Assembly: GCA_018303425.1 (NCBI GenBank)
Contig: JAGVYF010000001.1
Location: 3,539 to 67,538, forward strand
Origin: Candidatus Woesearchaeota archaeon
GTDB lineage: Archaea; Nanobdellota; Nanobdellia; Woesearchaeales; JAGVYF01
Direction: 5' to 3'
DNA: 64,000 nt
Part shown: in pieces, positions 1-10,916 of the stretch
How the letters are laid out: each line of letters opens with the position of its first letter
Numbering within the stretch: position 1 is the stretch's first letter
The notes under the pieces: model-generated
What the model was told of the DNA's origin: nothing
The model's input: only the letters and a program-made list of their open reading frames with translations
Databases searched by the model: none
Translations under genes and position numbers: made by a program

Positions 1-967
1 TGAAGAAGTAATCACAAACCCTCTTAGAAAATTAAATGAAAATCTTGAATCTTTGCCATTTCCTGATACTGAATTATTTGATTATCAAAAATATATTAAT
101 GCCAATAGAGGACTTGCAACTTTTATTTCTACAAGGGGCTGTCCTTATCAATGTACTTATTGTATAAACAAAACTTTAATCGGGAAATATGCAGGCTTAG
201 GCAAATTTATTAGATACAAATCAATTGATTATTTATTTGAAGAGATTAAAGGAGTTATCAAGAAATACAATGTTAAAGAAATTGAATTCTATGATGACAC
301 TTTCACACTGGATATTAAAAGAGTAAGAGAATTTTGCGAACGATATCCTAAAGAAATTAAACTTCCTTTTTACTTAAACGTCAGAGTGAATTCAGTGACT
401 GAAGAGATGTTTAAACTACTAAAAAAAGCTGGATGTACAAGAGTAAACATAGGTGTAGAGGCAGGAGACAAATACATAAGAAACGAAATATTAAAACGCA
501 ATATGACCGATGAACAGATTATTCAAACATTCAAGTGGGCAAGAGTTGCAGGTCTTGAAACTTATGCATTCAACATGATTGGTCTTCCTTATGAAACTAA
601 AGAAAGTATACAAAAAACAATTGAATTAAACATGAAGATTCAACCAGACAGAGTTGGTGCATCAATATTCAATGCTTATAAAGGGACAGAACTTTATAAA
701 ATTTGTAAAGAGAACGGCTGGTTAAAAGAAGAAATAACTAAAGATTCATATTTCCAATCAAGTAATGTTAATCACCCTAACTTTACAATTAAAGAATTAA
801 AATTTATTCGTGACACATTTGGCGCGCAAGTATATAGAAAAGAAAGAAAGTTAAGAGCAACATTGGATATCATAGATAAAACTTTAAGTAAGTATCCCTT
901 TTTTTATCAGATAAGATCATTTTTATTTAGAATTAATGTTGTGAGAAGATTGGTGAAAAGCTTATGA
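1..967 (+). CDS. B12-binding radical SAM protein, C-terminal part (gene begins upstream of window)
   Basis: Reading frame open to window edge (no stop from nt 2). Radical SAM cluster TRGCPYQCTYC. 4-nt ATGA overlap with next gene. Confidence 0.75.
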   Translation, partial: EEVITNPLRKLNENLESLPFPDTELFDYQKYINANRGLATFISTRGCPYQCTYCINKTLIGKYAGLGKFIRYKSIDYLFEEIKGVIKKYNVKEIEFYDDTFTLDIKRVREFCERYPKEIKLPFYLNVRVNSVTEEMFKLLKKAGCTRVNIGVEAGDKYIRNEILKRNMTDEQIIQTFKWARVAGLETYAFNMIGLPYETKESIQKTIELNMKIQPDRVGASIFNAYKGTELYKICKENGWLKEEITKDSYFQSSNVNHPNFTIKELKFIRDTFGAQVYRKERKLRATLDIIDKTLSKYPFFYQIRSFLFRINVVRRLVKSL

Positions 968-1851
968 TTTCGATATTAATAACATCATACAAAGAATCGA
1001 GAACAATTGGGAAAGCAATTGAAGCATTTAACAACCAAAAAATTAAAGAAAATTATGAAATTCTTGTTGCTTCTCCGGATTTTGAAACCGGGACCGTTGT
1101 GATGAAATATGCTTCGATGTTTCCAAATATAAGATGGATTCAAGACAAAAGGAAGGGTAAACCCGCAGCAATTAATTTGCTTTTAAAAGAAGCAAAGGGA
1201 GATATTTTATTTTTAAGCGACGGAGACGTATATGTAAGTGATAATTCAGTAAATGATTTATTAGAACATTTTAAAGATCCAAAGGTTGGAATTGTTTCAG
1301 GCAGGCCGGTATCATTATCTCCTAAAAATACGATGCTGGGATATTGGTCGCATTTATTAACTAATGAAGCAGCACATGCTACTAGAATTGAAAGGACTCA
1401 GAAAGGTGAATTTATAGTTTGTTCAGGATATTTATTTGCAATAAGAAAAAAATTTCAATACATCCCAGAAGATTTGCTCAGTGAAGATGCAATAATGTCT
1501 CATTTGATGTGGCAAAAAGGATATAAAACAAATTATGAACCCAAAGCAGAGGTATATGTAAAATATCCTACAAACTTTAAAGATTGGATAATACAAAAAA
1601 AAAGAAGTGCTGGCGGATATCAACAAATAAGCAAATACTTTAAAAACCCCCCTATAATGAGAAGTTTTAGCAAAGAAATAATTAATGGTTGGTATAAACC
1701 CTTAAAATATGCAAGCAATACTAAAGAATTTATTTGGTCCTTAGCATTATATCCCGCAAGATTATATCTTTGGCTAAAAATATTCATGGATATAAATAAT
1801 AAACATTTTAATTTGCTGGACATATGGAAGCCTGTAGAGAGCACAAAATGA
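964..1851 (+). CDS. glycosyltransferase family 2
   Basis: N-terminal ISILITSYKE...IGKAIE...LSDGDVY. GT-A fold DxD-type pattern. 295 aa. Confidence 0.7.
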   Translation: MISILITSYKESRTIGKAIEAFNNQKIKENYEILVASPDFETGTVVMKYASMFPNIRWIQDKRKGKPAAINLLLKEAKGDILFLSDGDVYVSDNSVNDLLEHFKDPKVGIVSGRPVSLSPKNTMLGYWSHLLTNEAAHATRIERTQKGEFIVCSGYLFAIRKKFQYIPEDLLSEDAIMSHLMWQKGYKTNYEPKAEVYVKYPTNFKDWIIQKKRSAGGYQQISKYFKNPPIMRSFSKEIINGWYKPLKYASNTKEFIWSLALYPARLYLWLKIFMDINNKHFNLLDIWKPVESTK

Positions 1852-3389
1852 TTGATAAAATAAAAAAATGGATTAAGAACCCGTATAATGCAATACTCAT
1901 AGCCTTATTAATAATAACAATATTTTTTAGATTAAGATATTTATTTCAAGAGAGTATTTGGGTAGATGAAACGGCTTATTATTTATTAGCTAAATATATA
2001 AAAGAAACTTTTTCATTTGGGCCATTTAGTCCATTTACAGAATTAAGATTGACTTCTGATATTGTAATTGTGTTTTGGAGTTTCTTTTTTAATTTGTTTA
2101 CTGCGGGCAGAATGATGGCTTTGACATTTGCAGTATTAGGAATTATTTTTTCTTATCTGATAGGGAAAGAAATTAAAAATGAAATTTTAGGTTTACTTGC
2201 GGCAACTTTAGTTGCGTTTAATCCTTATTTATGGTTTCATTCAAGTAGAACATTAATTGATTCGCCATTAACCACGATGTTTATTATATGCGCTTATTTT
2301 TTAATAAAATTAGAAAATAAATTTTCACTTAAAAATTTAGTTTATTTAATAATTGCATTAGTTTTTACAATTCAAACCAAGTATGTAGGAGTATTATTTA
2401 TATTTATAATTTTAATTTATTATTTATTAAAATTTCTTCTTGTTATACAAAATAAAAAACAAACGCTAACAAATTTATTTAAATCTAAAATAAGTTTGCT
2501 GTATTTAATTTTTTTACTGCCATTATATGCTGTAAAAAAGATTATTTTTGAGGGAATTGGTTCATTGCAATATGATCCATTTTTTATAGAACAAATTCCA
2601 ATTATGCTGTCTGAACCTATAATGTGGTTAGCCGTATTTGGTTTAATCATATCATTATTTTACAAAAAAAAATCTTATTTAATTATTGCTTCATGGACGC
2701 TATTAATTTATGCGGCATTTTCATTACATCCCGCAAACCATGATCCCAGATATATTCTTCCGGGAATTCCAGGGATTATATTATTGGCTTTAATAGGATT
2801 ATTTGAAATTGGAGACCTGATTCAAAGATATACTAATTTTGATAAAAAAATCTTCCAAATGATTTTAACAATTTTATTAATATTTATAACAATCCCAATA
2901 CATTATGAAACTGCAAATTCCATGAATTTGAGATCGTTTTATGCATTTACGGGGTATGATGAAGCGGGAAAATGGATTCAAGATAATGTTGAAGATGGTT
3001 CAACAGTGTTTGTAATGTCAACATCCTGGGCAAATTTTTTTTCAAACAATCTTTATAACCGGATTAGTATTGATAACTCTGCTAAATTAAAGGTCCCGGA
3101 GGATCTGATTTCTGAATTAAATAATTATAAAGATAGGCCTTTTTATTTAATCATTGACAATTGGGAAGCAGGAGCACAACCAAAATGGTTAACACCTACA
3201 GAAGAAAATATTAACAATATTATAAGTATGGGATTTGAATTAAAAAATGTGATAACAAAAAAATACCCTCTCGATAATCAACAATTTACAGAGATATATA
3301 ACAAAATTGGGCTATTTACAATAAACATTGATGATAGAAATTTACAAGAAATACCCGCAATTTTCATTTTTAAAAAACTTAGGGGATAA
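1848..3389 (+). CDS. GT-C fold polytopic membrane glycosyltransferase (PMT/ArnT family 39/83-like)
   Basis: About 11 predicted TM helices. First-loop WVDETAYY (DE motif of PMT/ArnT-type enzymes). C-terminal soluble domain. ATG at 1848 preferred over ORF-track start. Confidence 0.55.
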   Translation: MIDKIKKWIKNPYNAILIALLIITIFFRLRYLFQESIWVDETAYYLLAKYIKETFSFGPFSPFTELRLTSDIVIVFWSFFFNLFTAGRMMALTFAVLGIIFSYLIGKEIKNEILGLLAATLVAFNPYLWFHSSRTLIDSPLTTMFIICAYFLIKLENKFSLKNLVYLIIALVFTIQTKYVGVLFIFIILIYYLLKFLLVIQNKKQTLTNLFKSKISLLYLIFLLPLYAVKKIIFEGIGSLQYDPFFIEQIPIMLSEPIMWLAVFGLIISLFYKKKSYLIIASWTLLIYAAFSLHPANHDPRYILPGIPGIILLALIGLFEIGDLIQRYTNFDKKIFQMILTILLIFITIPIHYETANSMNLRSFYAFTGYDEAGKWIQDNVEDGSTVFVMSTSWANFFSNNLYNRISIDNSAKLKVPEDLISELNNYKDRPFYLIIDNWEAGAQPKWLTPTEENINNIISMGFELKNVITKKYPLDNQQFTEIYNKIGLFTINIDDRNLQEIPAIFIFKKLRG

Positions 3390-3393
3390 ATCA

Positions 3394-4269
3394 ATGAAAG
3401 TTATTATTTCAATTCCGGCCTATAATGAAGAAAAAACTATTGATAAAGTAGTCCTAGAAATAAATGAAGTAATGTGTAGTACGAATTATAAATATGAAAT
3501 AATAGTTATTGATGATGGATCCAAAGATAAAACTGTTGAAATTGCAAAAAATGCGGGAGCAAAAGTTTATTCAAACAAAATTAATCTTGGGCTTGCAGAA
3601 ACTTTTAAGCATGAGATTCAACGGTGTAAAGAACATAAAGCAGATATAATTGTGCATACTGATGCAGATGGTCAGTATCCGGCAATATTCATTCCGCAAC
3701 TCATCAAAAAGATAGAAGAAGGTTATGATTTAGTTTTGGGAAGCCGGTTCGGCAGGGGGAAGTATAGCGGTTCTATGACTAAAAGTATGGGCAATATTGC
3801 ATTTGCTAAATTATTTTCCCGATTATTAAACGCTAAATTGACAGATACAACAACTGGATTTAGGGCATTTACAAATAGGGTTGCAGAACTGCCTTTGATT
3901 AATACTTTTACATATACCCAAGAACAGCTTATTCGGGCAGGCAAGGCAAAGATGAGGATTGGAGAAATCTCAATTAAAACAAGAAAAACTCGGCCTAGTC
4001 GATTATTTAGTGGACCTTTAAACTATGCGCTAAAAGCATGGATAAACATATTTCGAATATATAGAGATTTTGAACCGTTAAAATTTTTTGGTATTATAGG
4101 GTTAACTTTATTTACTCCGGGTTTTTTGATTGGGCTCTATTTTATTTTATTGCACTTTACAGTGGGTATAAGCGGCCATACGGGTTTATTATTTCTAATG
4201 TTAATACTTTTGTCAACCGGATTACAGATTATGTTATTTGGATTTTTGGCAGATATGTCTAGAAAATGA
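3394..4269 (+). CDS. polyprenyl-phosphate sugar synthase-type GT2 (DPM1/GtrB/ArnC-like)
   Basis: VIISIPAYNEE...DDGSKDKT...HTDADGQY plus two C-terminal TM helices. AGGGGA RBS 8 nt upstream of ATG 3394. Confidence 0.75.
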   Translation: MKVIISIPAYNEEKTIDKVVLEINEVMCSTNYKYEIIVIDDGSKDKTVEIAKNAGAKVYSNKINLGLAETFKHEIQRCKEHKADIIVHTDADGQYPAIFIPQLIKKIEEGYDLVLGSRFGRGKYSGSMTKSMGNIAFAKLFSRLLNAKLTDTTTGFRAFTNRVAELPLINTFTYTQEQLIRAGKAKMRIGEISIKTRKTRPSRLFSGPLNYALKAWINIFRIYRDFEPLKFFGIIGLTLFTPGFLIGLYFILLHFTVGISGHTGLLFLMLILLSTGLQIMLFGFLADMSRK

Positions 4270-5174
4270 AAATTAAAAAAACATTGCTTAAGATATTAGT
4301 CAGCTTATTATTTTTAGGGATTATTCTTTTAAAAATTGATGTCAATAAAACTATTAACACTTTAACATCTATTAAACCAGAGATAATTATTTTGTTTCCA
4401 CTAATTATAATTATAGGTTTTCTTTTAAATTCATTTAATATTTATATATTATTTAAAGGAATTAACCTCAGAATTAATTATATTTATGTGTTCAAGAGTT
4501 ATATTTCGGCGTGGCTTTTCGGGAAAGTATCAACTGGCAAAAGCGGAGAACTTTCAATATTATACTTTTTATCAAAAAAAGAAAAATATATTCCCTTTAA
4601 TAAATCAGCAGCAGTAATCTTTATTGATAAAATTATCAGTTTTTTAGTGCTTTTATTTATATCTTTTTTTGCAAGTTTAATCTTATTTCGTGAAAGGCTC
4701 TATCTAATTTTAATAATATATTCGGCAATATTTATAATTGTTATTGCTGTTTTATTTTCATATAAGGCAATCTCCAGAATTATAAATTTTTTTTTTAAAA
4801 GACAAAACTATTTAGCGGGATTTACTAAAAATATCAAATATCTATTAAAAAATAGTAAAAAAAATATTTTAGTTAATATAATATTCACGTTCATTAAACA
4901 TATTAATGTTTCTTTTGCAATTTTCATTATTTTTTGGGCATATGGGTTTCAAATTCCATTCATAATGGTTTTTTTAATATCCGGCATTGAAGGGATTATA
5001 AGCCAGGTACCAATTGCCTTCATGGGGCTGGGTGTGACAGAAGGGGCAGCCGTTATTTTATATAGTTTAATTAATACTCCTTTACAAATTACAATATCTG
5101 TATATATCTTCCTAAGAATTTATAGTTATTTTTTTGCTTTTGTATTATATTGTTTAAAACAAATTATATCTTAA
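4266..5174 (+). CDS. flippase-like / LPG-synthase-TM family membrane protein (GT2 partner)
   Basis: Eight hydrophobic segments. Start overlaps stop of the Pren-P GT2 (ATGA). This gene pair is a widely conserved arrangement. Confidence 0.45.
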   Translation: MKIKKTLLKILVSLLFLGIILLKIDVNKTINTLTSIKPEIIILFPLIIIIGFLLNSFNIYILFKGINLRINYIYVFKSYISAWLFGKVSTGKSGELSILYFLSKKEKYIPFNKSAAVIFIDKIISFLVLLFISFFASLILFRERLYLILIIYSAIFIIVIAVLFSYKAISRIINFFFKRQNYLAGFTKNIKYLLKNSKKNILVNIIFTFIKHINVSFAIFIIFWAYGFQIPFIMVFLISGIEGIISQVPIAFMGLGVTEGAAVILYSLINTPLQITISVYIFLRIYSYFFAFVLYCLKQIIS

Positions 5175-6580
5175 TTTCCGAGATAAGATAATCCTTTAAT
5201 TAAATATCTTTTAAACATATTAAAATCACGAATCTTAAAAAATTGCCTTAAAATATAATTTGGCCTGATATAAAATTCTTTGTATGCTTGTTTTTGAATT
5301 GTTTTTAAATATTCTTTCGTTAAACCATGCGGCAAATAAACCGGTTCATTGCTATGGCTTGACATATTTTCATAGGCATTTGGATCAAAAGTCCCATATT
5401 GGGCGCAGATATTATAAAATTCAGTATTTGATAACGGCATAACTAAACTAAATTGCACGCCATCAAGTTTTAAAGACTTTGCAAAATTAATTGTATCATT
5501 AATTGTTTCTTTTGTTTCAGTAGGATTTCCAATCATAAAGTAACCTTTAGTAAATATTCCCGATTTATTTACCTGATTAATAACTTCATTTACTTGTTTG
5601 AAATTAATTCCTTTTCTTAAAAAAGTTAAAATGTCTTTATTTCCGCTTTCTATTCCAAAACTAATGTACCAACAACCTGCTTTTTTTATTAAATTGATTA
5701 ACTCCATATTTTGATAAATCACATCTATTCTTCCATGGCAAGACCAAGTTAAATCAATGTCTTTTTCTAGAATCAGATTACAAAAAGTTTTGATTTTTTG
5801 TGGGTCTAATAAAAAAGTATCATCGACGAATTGAATTTCTTTTATACCATATTCTTTCTGTAAATGTTCTATTTCATTAATAATATATTCGGCAGAATGT
5901 CCCCTATATTTCCTTCCGAACACATGTTCGCAAAAAAGACAAGCGTATGGGCATCCCCTTGTTGTTATCATTGTTGTCATTGGCAATCTCATATATCGAA
6001 AACTAGATTTATATACCGAATTGGTTATGTCTAAAAGATGTCTTGCCGGGAAAGGGAGGTTATCTAATTCATCTAATAACGGCCTATCTTTATTTTCTAT
6101 AATCTTCCCTTCTTTTCTAAAAATAATTCCGGATATTTCGGCATATTTCCCTTCATTTTCCATCTCAAAAATTAATTCTATTATAGTATTTTCACTCTCT
6201 CCTTTTACAATAAAATCAATATTAGAGTTCATCTCCATTAGTTTTGTTTTAAGTAAGGATGCATGCGGTCCGCCTAGAATAATTTTAATATTTTTATTTG
6301 CTTCCTTAATGATATCAATACATTTTAAAATCTGTTTATGCATTAAAGTAATTGTAGTTATTCCCACCACTAGGGGATTTTCATTTTTTATATAATTTTC
6401 AAGTTCTTCTTCAAAAATATTTTGCGCTTGACCATCAAAAATAACTACGTTGTGATTTTTTTGTTCTAAAACTGCCGCAATATACATTAAACCGAGCGGG
6501 GGATAGGTCGCACTTTGTTCGTCCCATCTTAAATTTTTATTAAATAAAGGGGGGTTAATCAATAATATTTTCATAACCAA
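5171..6580 (-). CDS. B12-binding radical SAM enzyme
   Basis: N-terminal Rossmann-like B12-binding region (MKILLINPP...VVIFDGQ). TRGCPYACLFCEH CxxxCxxC. 469 aa. Confidence 0.8.
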   Translation of the reverse strand: MVMKILLINPPLFNKNLRWDEQSATYPPLGLMYIAAVLEQKNHNVVIFDGQAQNIFEEELENYIKNENPLVVGITTITLMHKQILKCIDIIKEANKNIKIILGGPHASLLKTKLMEMNSNIDFIVKGESENTIIELIFEMENEGKYAEISGIIFRKEGKIIENKDRPLLDELDNLPFPARHLLDITNSVYKSSFRYMRLPMTTMITTRGCPYACLFCEHVFGRKYRGHSAEYIINEIEHLQKEYGIKEIQFVDDTFLLDPQKIKTFCNLILEKDIDLTWSCHGRIDVIYQNMELINLIKKAGCWYISFGIESGNKDILTFLRKGINFKQVNEVINQVNKSGIFTKGYFMIGNPTETKETINDTINFAKSLKLDGVQFSLVMPLSNTEFYNICAQYGTFDPNAYENMSSHSNEPVYLPHGLTKEYLKTIQKQAYKEFYIRPNYILRQFFKIRDFNMFKRYLIKGLSYLGN

Positions 6581-6614
6581 AAATAATAAACTCTTACTTA
6601 TAAAGTTTTATATG

Positions 6615-7418
6615 TTATATAAAATATCTTAAGTTTACAGGGTTTGAACCATTTTTAACAATAAGATATGCATAAGAACTAGAAAAACCAAATCGCATAC
6701 ATAATTTTCTTAACTTATTAAAACCAAATCTATAAGAAGATGATAAAGTTAAATTACGGATCTGTATCACCTTAAACCCCTCTTTTTTAAAAAGATCAAT
6801 CCAATATTTTTGACCAAAATTAATAAATTCAGAAAAATGGTTATAATTTTCGCCGTGTATTGGCGGGAAAATTTTATTAACCCATAATTTATTTTTACTT
6901 TTAATATTGTCTCTAGTGCTATTTTCTTTTAATTTAGAAAATGCGACTTTTCGTCTTTCTTTATTTGATAACATATAGGCGATATACGGATAATATAAAA
7001 CAAAATTTAACAATTTCCAATAACGATTTGGCATAGTATGTATCATTATACCATCGGATTTTAAAACGTTATATAGCCCTTTGAGACATTTTTCTTTATT
7101 TTTAATATGTTCTAAAAGATTGGAAGAAAAAATAAAATCAAAAGAGTCTTTTTCAAAATTTAAATCTTCTGCGTCACAAATTATCAATTTTAAATTTTCT
7201 TGATCAGAGAGTTTTATATTCAACCTTTCTGCATTATATTCAGTGCATATTATAGAATGACAATATTTCAATAAAATTTTAGATTGAAATCCATCTCCTG
7301 CTCCGATTTCCAATGCATTTTTAAAAATATTAGAATCCGCTTTTTTAAAAATAATTTCTAAATCTTTTTTGCGGAGGTTATCTCGGGCACTTTTCCAATA
7401 TGTTATATAATCATACAT
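6615..7418 (-). CDS. class I SAM-dependent methyltransferase
   Basis: Motif I LEIGAGDGFQS. Acidic motif II. 267 aa. Confidence 0.7.
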   Translation of the reverse strand: MYDYITYWKSARDNLRKKDLEIIFKKADSNIFKNALEIGAGDGFQSKILLKYCHSIICTEYNAERLNIKLSDQENLKLIICDAEDLNFEKDSFDFIFSSNLLEHIKNKEKCLKGLYNVLKSDGIMIHTMPNRYWKLLNFVLYYPYIAYMLSNKERRKVAFSKLKENSTRDNIKSKNKLWVNKIFPPIHGENYNHFSEFINFGQKYWIDLFKKEGFKVIQIRNLTLSSSYRFGFNKLRKLCMRFGFSSSYAYLIVKNGSNPVNLRYFI

Positions 7419-7456
7419 AACATTAAAAAAAAAGAATAATATTTAAATATTTGGAT

Positions 7457-8641
7457 TTAAGGCAATTTAAATGATTCATAAATTTGGAGGTAAGATTTAG
7501 CCATTAAATTGGCATTAAAATTATTCTGAACGTGCCTTAATCCAGTTTTACCCATTCTTCTTGCAATCTTTGGATTAGAAAATAAATAAACAATTGCTTC
7601 AGCAATCTCTTTTGAACTTTTTGGTTTAACTAATATTCCAGTTTTAGGAGTAATTGTTTCAGGAATTCCTCCGACATCACTTCCGATTACAGGGGTTTGC
7701 GCAGCCATTGCTTCTAATTGCACCTGGCCTAAAGCTTCCATTACAGAAGGAATACAAAACACATTAGCTTTTCTATATATTTCACTAATTTTGTCTGGAT
7801 GTATGTAATCATAAAATTGAACATTTTTTCTTAAACATTTGCTTAATATAAATTTTTTAACTTTTGCTTTAAAAAAAAGGTTAGATTTACCAATAAATAT
7901 AAATTTAGCATCCGGAAATTTGTTTACCACATAAGGCATAGCGTTTACCAAATACCATACGCCTTTTCGTTCCATATTTTTACCTACATAGAGTACTGCA
8001 TGATTCAAATATTTAGAATCAGGGATCTTTAAATTAAAATCTTTGATTTTTATTCCTTTATGTATTACTTTAATCTTGGATTTAGAAATGTTGCAGGTTT
8101 TAGATATGATTTTTGCAGTATGATAACTATTTGCAATAATTAAATTTGCTTTTTTTAAAAAATATTTGTCTAAAATTTTAACTAATTGATAATGAGTGTA
8201 TCTTAATAAAATATCAGTAGAAATATAGGGAAATTTAAAAATATTCCATGACGATTCTAACGCATATGTATCATTCACTGAAACAATTTTGGGAATTTTA
8301 ATTCTGGAGTTTAAAAAAAAACTATCAAATTTATCCATCACATGCAAAATATCAAAATTAGATAAATCGGTCTTTTTAAAAAAAGATCTTAATTTCCAGG
8401 ATAGTAAAAGCCTAATATCCATTGGTAAAAATTTCTCAATAAATTTAGATTTAAAAATGTTTAAACGGTAAATCTCAAGATTGCCTTTTTTTTCATATTT
8501 TGAACCACCCATCATCAGCAAAGTAATAACTGTTACATCATGTCCCCTAGAAACCAGATACTCTACTACGTGTGTTGCAGTTCTACCTGGACCAGAACTA
8601 ATATAAGGGGGGTACTCGTGAGTCACAATGCAAATTTTCAT
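7457..8641 (-). CDS. glycosyltransferase family 4
   Basis: MKICIVTHEYPP start. GT-B C-terminal EALGQVQLEAMAAQTPVIGSDVGGIPE. ORF-track N-terminal extension rejected. TTTATAAATA TATA box about 25 nt upstream of ATG 8641. Confidence 0.75.
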   Translation of the reverse strand: MKICIVTHEYPPYISSGPGRTATHVVEYLVSRGHDVTVITLLMMGGSKYEKKGNLEIYRLNIFKSKFIEKFLPMDIRLLLSWKLRSFFKKTDLSNFDILHVMDKFDSFFLNSRIKIPKIVSVNDTYALESSWNIFKFPYISTDILLRYTHYQLVKILDKYFLKKANLIIANSYHTAKIISKTCNISKSKIKVIHKGIKIKDFNLKIPDSKYLNHAVLYVGKNMERKGVWYLVNAMPYVVNKFPDAKFIFIGKSNLFFKAKVKKFILSKCLRKNVQFYDYIHPDKISEIYRKANVFCIPSVMEALGQVQLEAMAAQTPVIGSDVGGIPETITPKTGILVKPKSSKEIAEAIVYLFSNPKIARRMGKTGLRHVQNNFNANLMAKSYLQIYESFKLP

Positions 8642-8695
8642 AAGGGTATAAAATCTGCAAATATTTATAAACCTAACCTTTTTATCAAATACAAA

Positions 8696-9373
8696 TTGGA
8701 AAAAACAGAAAAATACAGTTTTAAAAAGTATAATAATGTTAATCGTTTTATTAGTTATTATTATCAATTATTGATAGTTATTAATCTTAAACCTAAAAAA
8801 GTTTTAGAGATTGGCGTCGGTCATGGATTTTTCACAAATAATCTTAGATATATGGGATATGACATAACTACATGTGATATTGACAAAGATCTTAGACCAG
8901 ACATAGTTTCAGATATCACAAAATTAAATCTTCCCGATAACTCGTACGATACTGTTGTTGCTTTTGAAGTTTTAGAACATTTACCTTTCAAACTTTTTGA
9001 AAAATCTTTAATTGAAATGAAACGAGTTTCAAAAAAATATGTAGTTTTATCAATCCCTCACCCTACTCTTTATTTGGGATTATTTGCGGGTTTTCAAAAA
9101 CCGTTGATTAAATTAAACTTTCGCATTCCGACGCCTTTTTTAAGAAGAAAATTTAAAAAATTAATTAAATTTAGAAAAGGTAAAGGAATTATTGACAAAA
9201 TCAAAAATATATTTTTAAAACTTTTTTACTCAGAAGAACATTATTGGGAAATGGGGATAAAAAATTATCCAAGCAATAAAATTATTAAAAAGATAGAAAA
9301 ACATTTTAAGATAGTTAAAAGTTTTCAACCCAAATATAGTGTCTATCATCACTTTTTTGTATTAGAAAAATAA
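8696..9373 (+). CDS. class I SAM-dependent methyltransferase (start uncertain)
   Basis: Motif I VLEIGVGHGFF, then DIDKDL. The long ORF overlaps GT4 antisense. In-frame TTG at 8696 sits about 25 nt downstream of ATATTTATAAAC TATA. No in-frame ATG before motif I. Confidence 0.55.
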   Translation: MEKTEKYSFKKYNNVNRFISYYYQLLIVINLKPKKVLEIGVGHGFFTNNLRYMGYDITTCDIDKDLRPDIVSDITKLNLPDNSYDTVVAFEVLEHLPFKLFEKSLIEMKRVSKKYVVLSIPHPTLYLGLFAGFQKPLIKLNFRIPTPFLRRKFKKLIKFRKGKGIIDKIKNIFLKLFYSEEHYWEMGIKNYPSNKIIKKIEKHFKIVKSFQPKYSVYHHFFVLEK

Positions 9374-9396
9374 TATTCCACTCATGAAAAAATAAA

Positions 9397-10830
9397 TTAT
9401 TTCTTATAAAAAACAAATCTCGATAACAACGAATTAAATCCCCTAACCAATCTTCTCACATCTGCAACACTTCTCATGCTTTTTAAATTTTGAATAATTA
9501 CAGGGATAGAAAAATAATATTGTTTATACATTTTTTTCTGTAAACCAACTAACTCATCTTTTGTTAATGATTTAGTTCTTAATATTGGACCATGGCATCC
9601 GTCAAAATCTTCCCATGAGTTATATTCGAGTAATCCTGCATTTTTTACTTGTTCAAATAATTGAGTGCCTGGAAAAGGCGCTGCAATTGTAAATTGCACA
9701 TAATCTGCGTGAAGTTTTATTGCAAAATCAATTGTCTCTTTAATCGTAGATTTATTCTCATTAGGCAATCCAATAACAAAGCTCCCTGTTGCCCTAATTC
9801 CTGCTTTTTGAGTTAATCTAACTGCTTTTAAGACTTGATCTTTTGTAATTGCTTTGTTAGAATCATTTAAAATATCCTGAGAACCTGATTCAAACCCATA
9901 AAATATTTCTTGGCATCCCGCATTTTTCATCAATTTTAATATTTCATAATCAACAGTATTAACTCTCCCCATACATAACCAGGGCAAATTTAGTTTACGA
10001 TTCATTAATTCATTGCAAAAAACTATTATCCACTGTTTTTTAATGATAAAGGTATCATCATCAAAATAAATTTCATCTACTCCATAATTTTTAACTAAAT
10101 GTTCGATTTCATTAATAACATTTTTTGGATTTCTTTGTCTATGTTTGTGTCCGTACAATGTTTCAGGCCATAAACAAAATGTGCAATGATAAGGACATCC
10201 CCTGCTTGAGATTACTAACCCAGTTCTTTTACCGCCAAAAAATGCTTGTTGATAATTTTCAATTTTAAACTGCTTTCTATCGGGATAAGGTAATTCATCA
10301 ACATTTTCAACATGGGTTATTGGATTTATAGCTATACCGCTCATTGAACGATACACGAGCCCACTAACTTCCTTGAATGATTTTTTGCCTTCAATTGCTT
10401 TGCATAAATCTTTTATAGAAAGGTCAAATTCACCTTTTAATATAAAATCTATAAATGAAAAGTCCTGTATTATATCCGCTGCATAATATGTTACATGTGA
10501 ACCGCATAAAACGACTTTACAGCCAACTTCCCGCTTAATTCTTTTAGCAGTTTCAATGTCATGCAAAATTGAAGGAGTGGATGTTTCTAAGAGAATAAGA
10601 CTGGGCTGCTCTCTTTTCACCCTTTTAACAAATTTAGGGATACCTTCTTCCAAATCAACAGCGTCTAATCCTATAACTTCATAACCTTCCTTTTCCAATA
10701 TAGATACTGCATAAGCTAAGTAGATAGGAAATGTAAGCACTTTATCTCCTCTTCTATGCGGCCAACGTATGTTACTTCTCGTACCATAACCCTCTCCGGG
10801 CCATGGCGGATTTGCTATAATAACTTTCAT
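9397..10830 (-). CDS. B12-binding radical SAM enzyme
   Basis: MKVIIANPP... B12-binding-like N-terminus. SRGCPYHCTFCLW. 477 aa. Confidence 0.8.
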   Translation of the reverse strand: MKVIIANPPWPGEGYGTRSNIRWPHRRGDKVLTFPIYLAYAVSILEKEGYEVIGLDAVDLEEGIPKFVKRVKREQPSLILLETSTPSILHDIETAKRIKREVGCKVVLCGSHVTYYAADIIQDFSFIDFILKGEFDLSIKDLCKAIEGKKSFKEVSGLVYRSMSGIAINPITHVENVDELPYPDRKQFKIENYQQAFFGGKRTGLVISSRGCPYHCTFCLWPETLYGHKHRQRNPKNVINEIEHLVKNYGVDEIYFDDDTFIIKKQWIIVFCNELMNRKLNLPWLCMGRVNTVDYEILKLMKNAGCQEIFYGFESGSQDILNDSNKAITKDQVLKAVRLTQKAGIRATGSFVIGLPNENKSTIKETIDFAIKLHADYVQFTIAAPFPGTQLFEQVKNAGLLEYNSWEDFDGCHGPILRTKSLTKDELVGLQKKMYKQYYFSIPVIIQNLKSMRSVADVRRLVRGFNSLLSRFVFYKK

Positions 10831-10916
10831 TTTAAAACTAATCTTAAAACATTATATATAAATATTTTGTAATTACAAACATAAATTTATATAAAGAGGT
10901 AAAAAACAAAATAAGT

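Noticed and set aside
1432-1844. Antisense ORFs 1432..1626 and 1620..1844 inside the GT2 gene
   Set aside because: Low-complexity, Leu/Ile/Phe-rich translations typical of AT-rich antisense frames. Fully contained in a well-supported CDS.
8540-8695. N-terminal 52 aa of ORF-track methyltransferase ORF 8540..9373
   Set aside because: Would overlap the GT4 gene antisense by about 100 nt. A TATA box lies inside it. An internal TTG at 8696 gives a normal-length MTase.
7457-8767. ORF-track N-terminal extension of GT4 (8642..8767)
   Set aside because: Extension is hydrophobic low-complexity. Conserved GT4 N-terminus begins at MKICIV. TATA spacing favours 8641.
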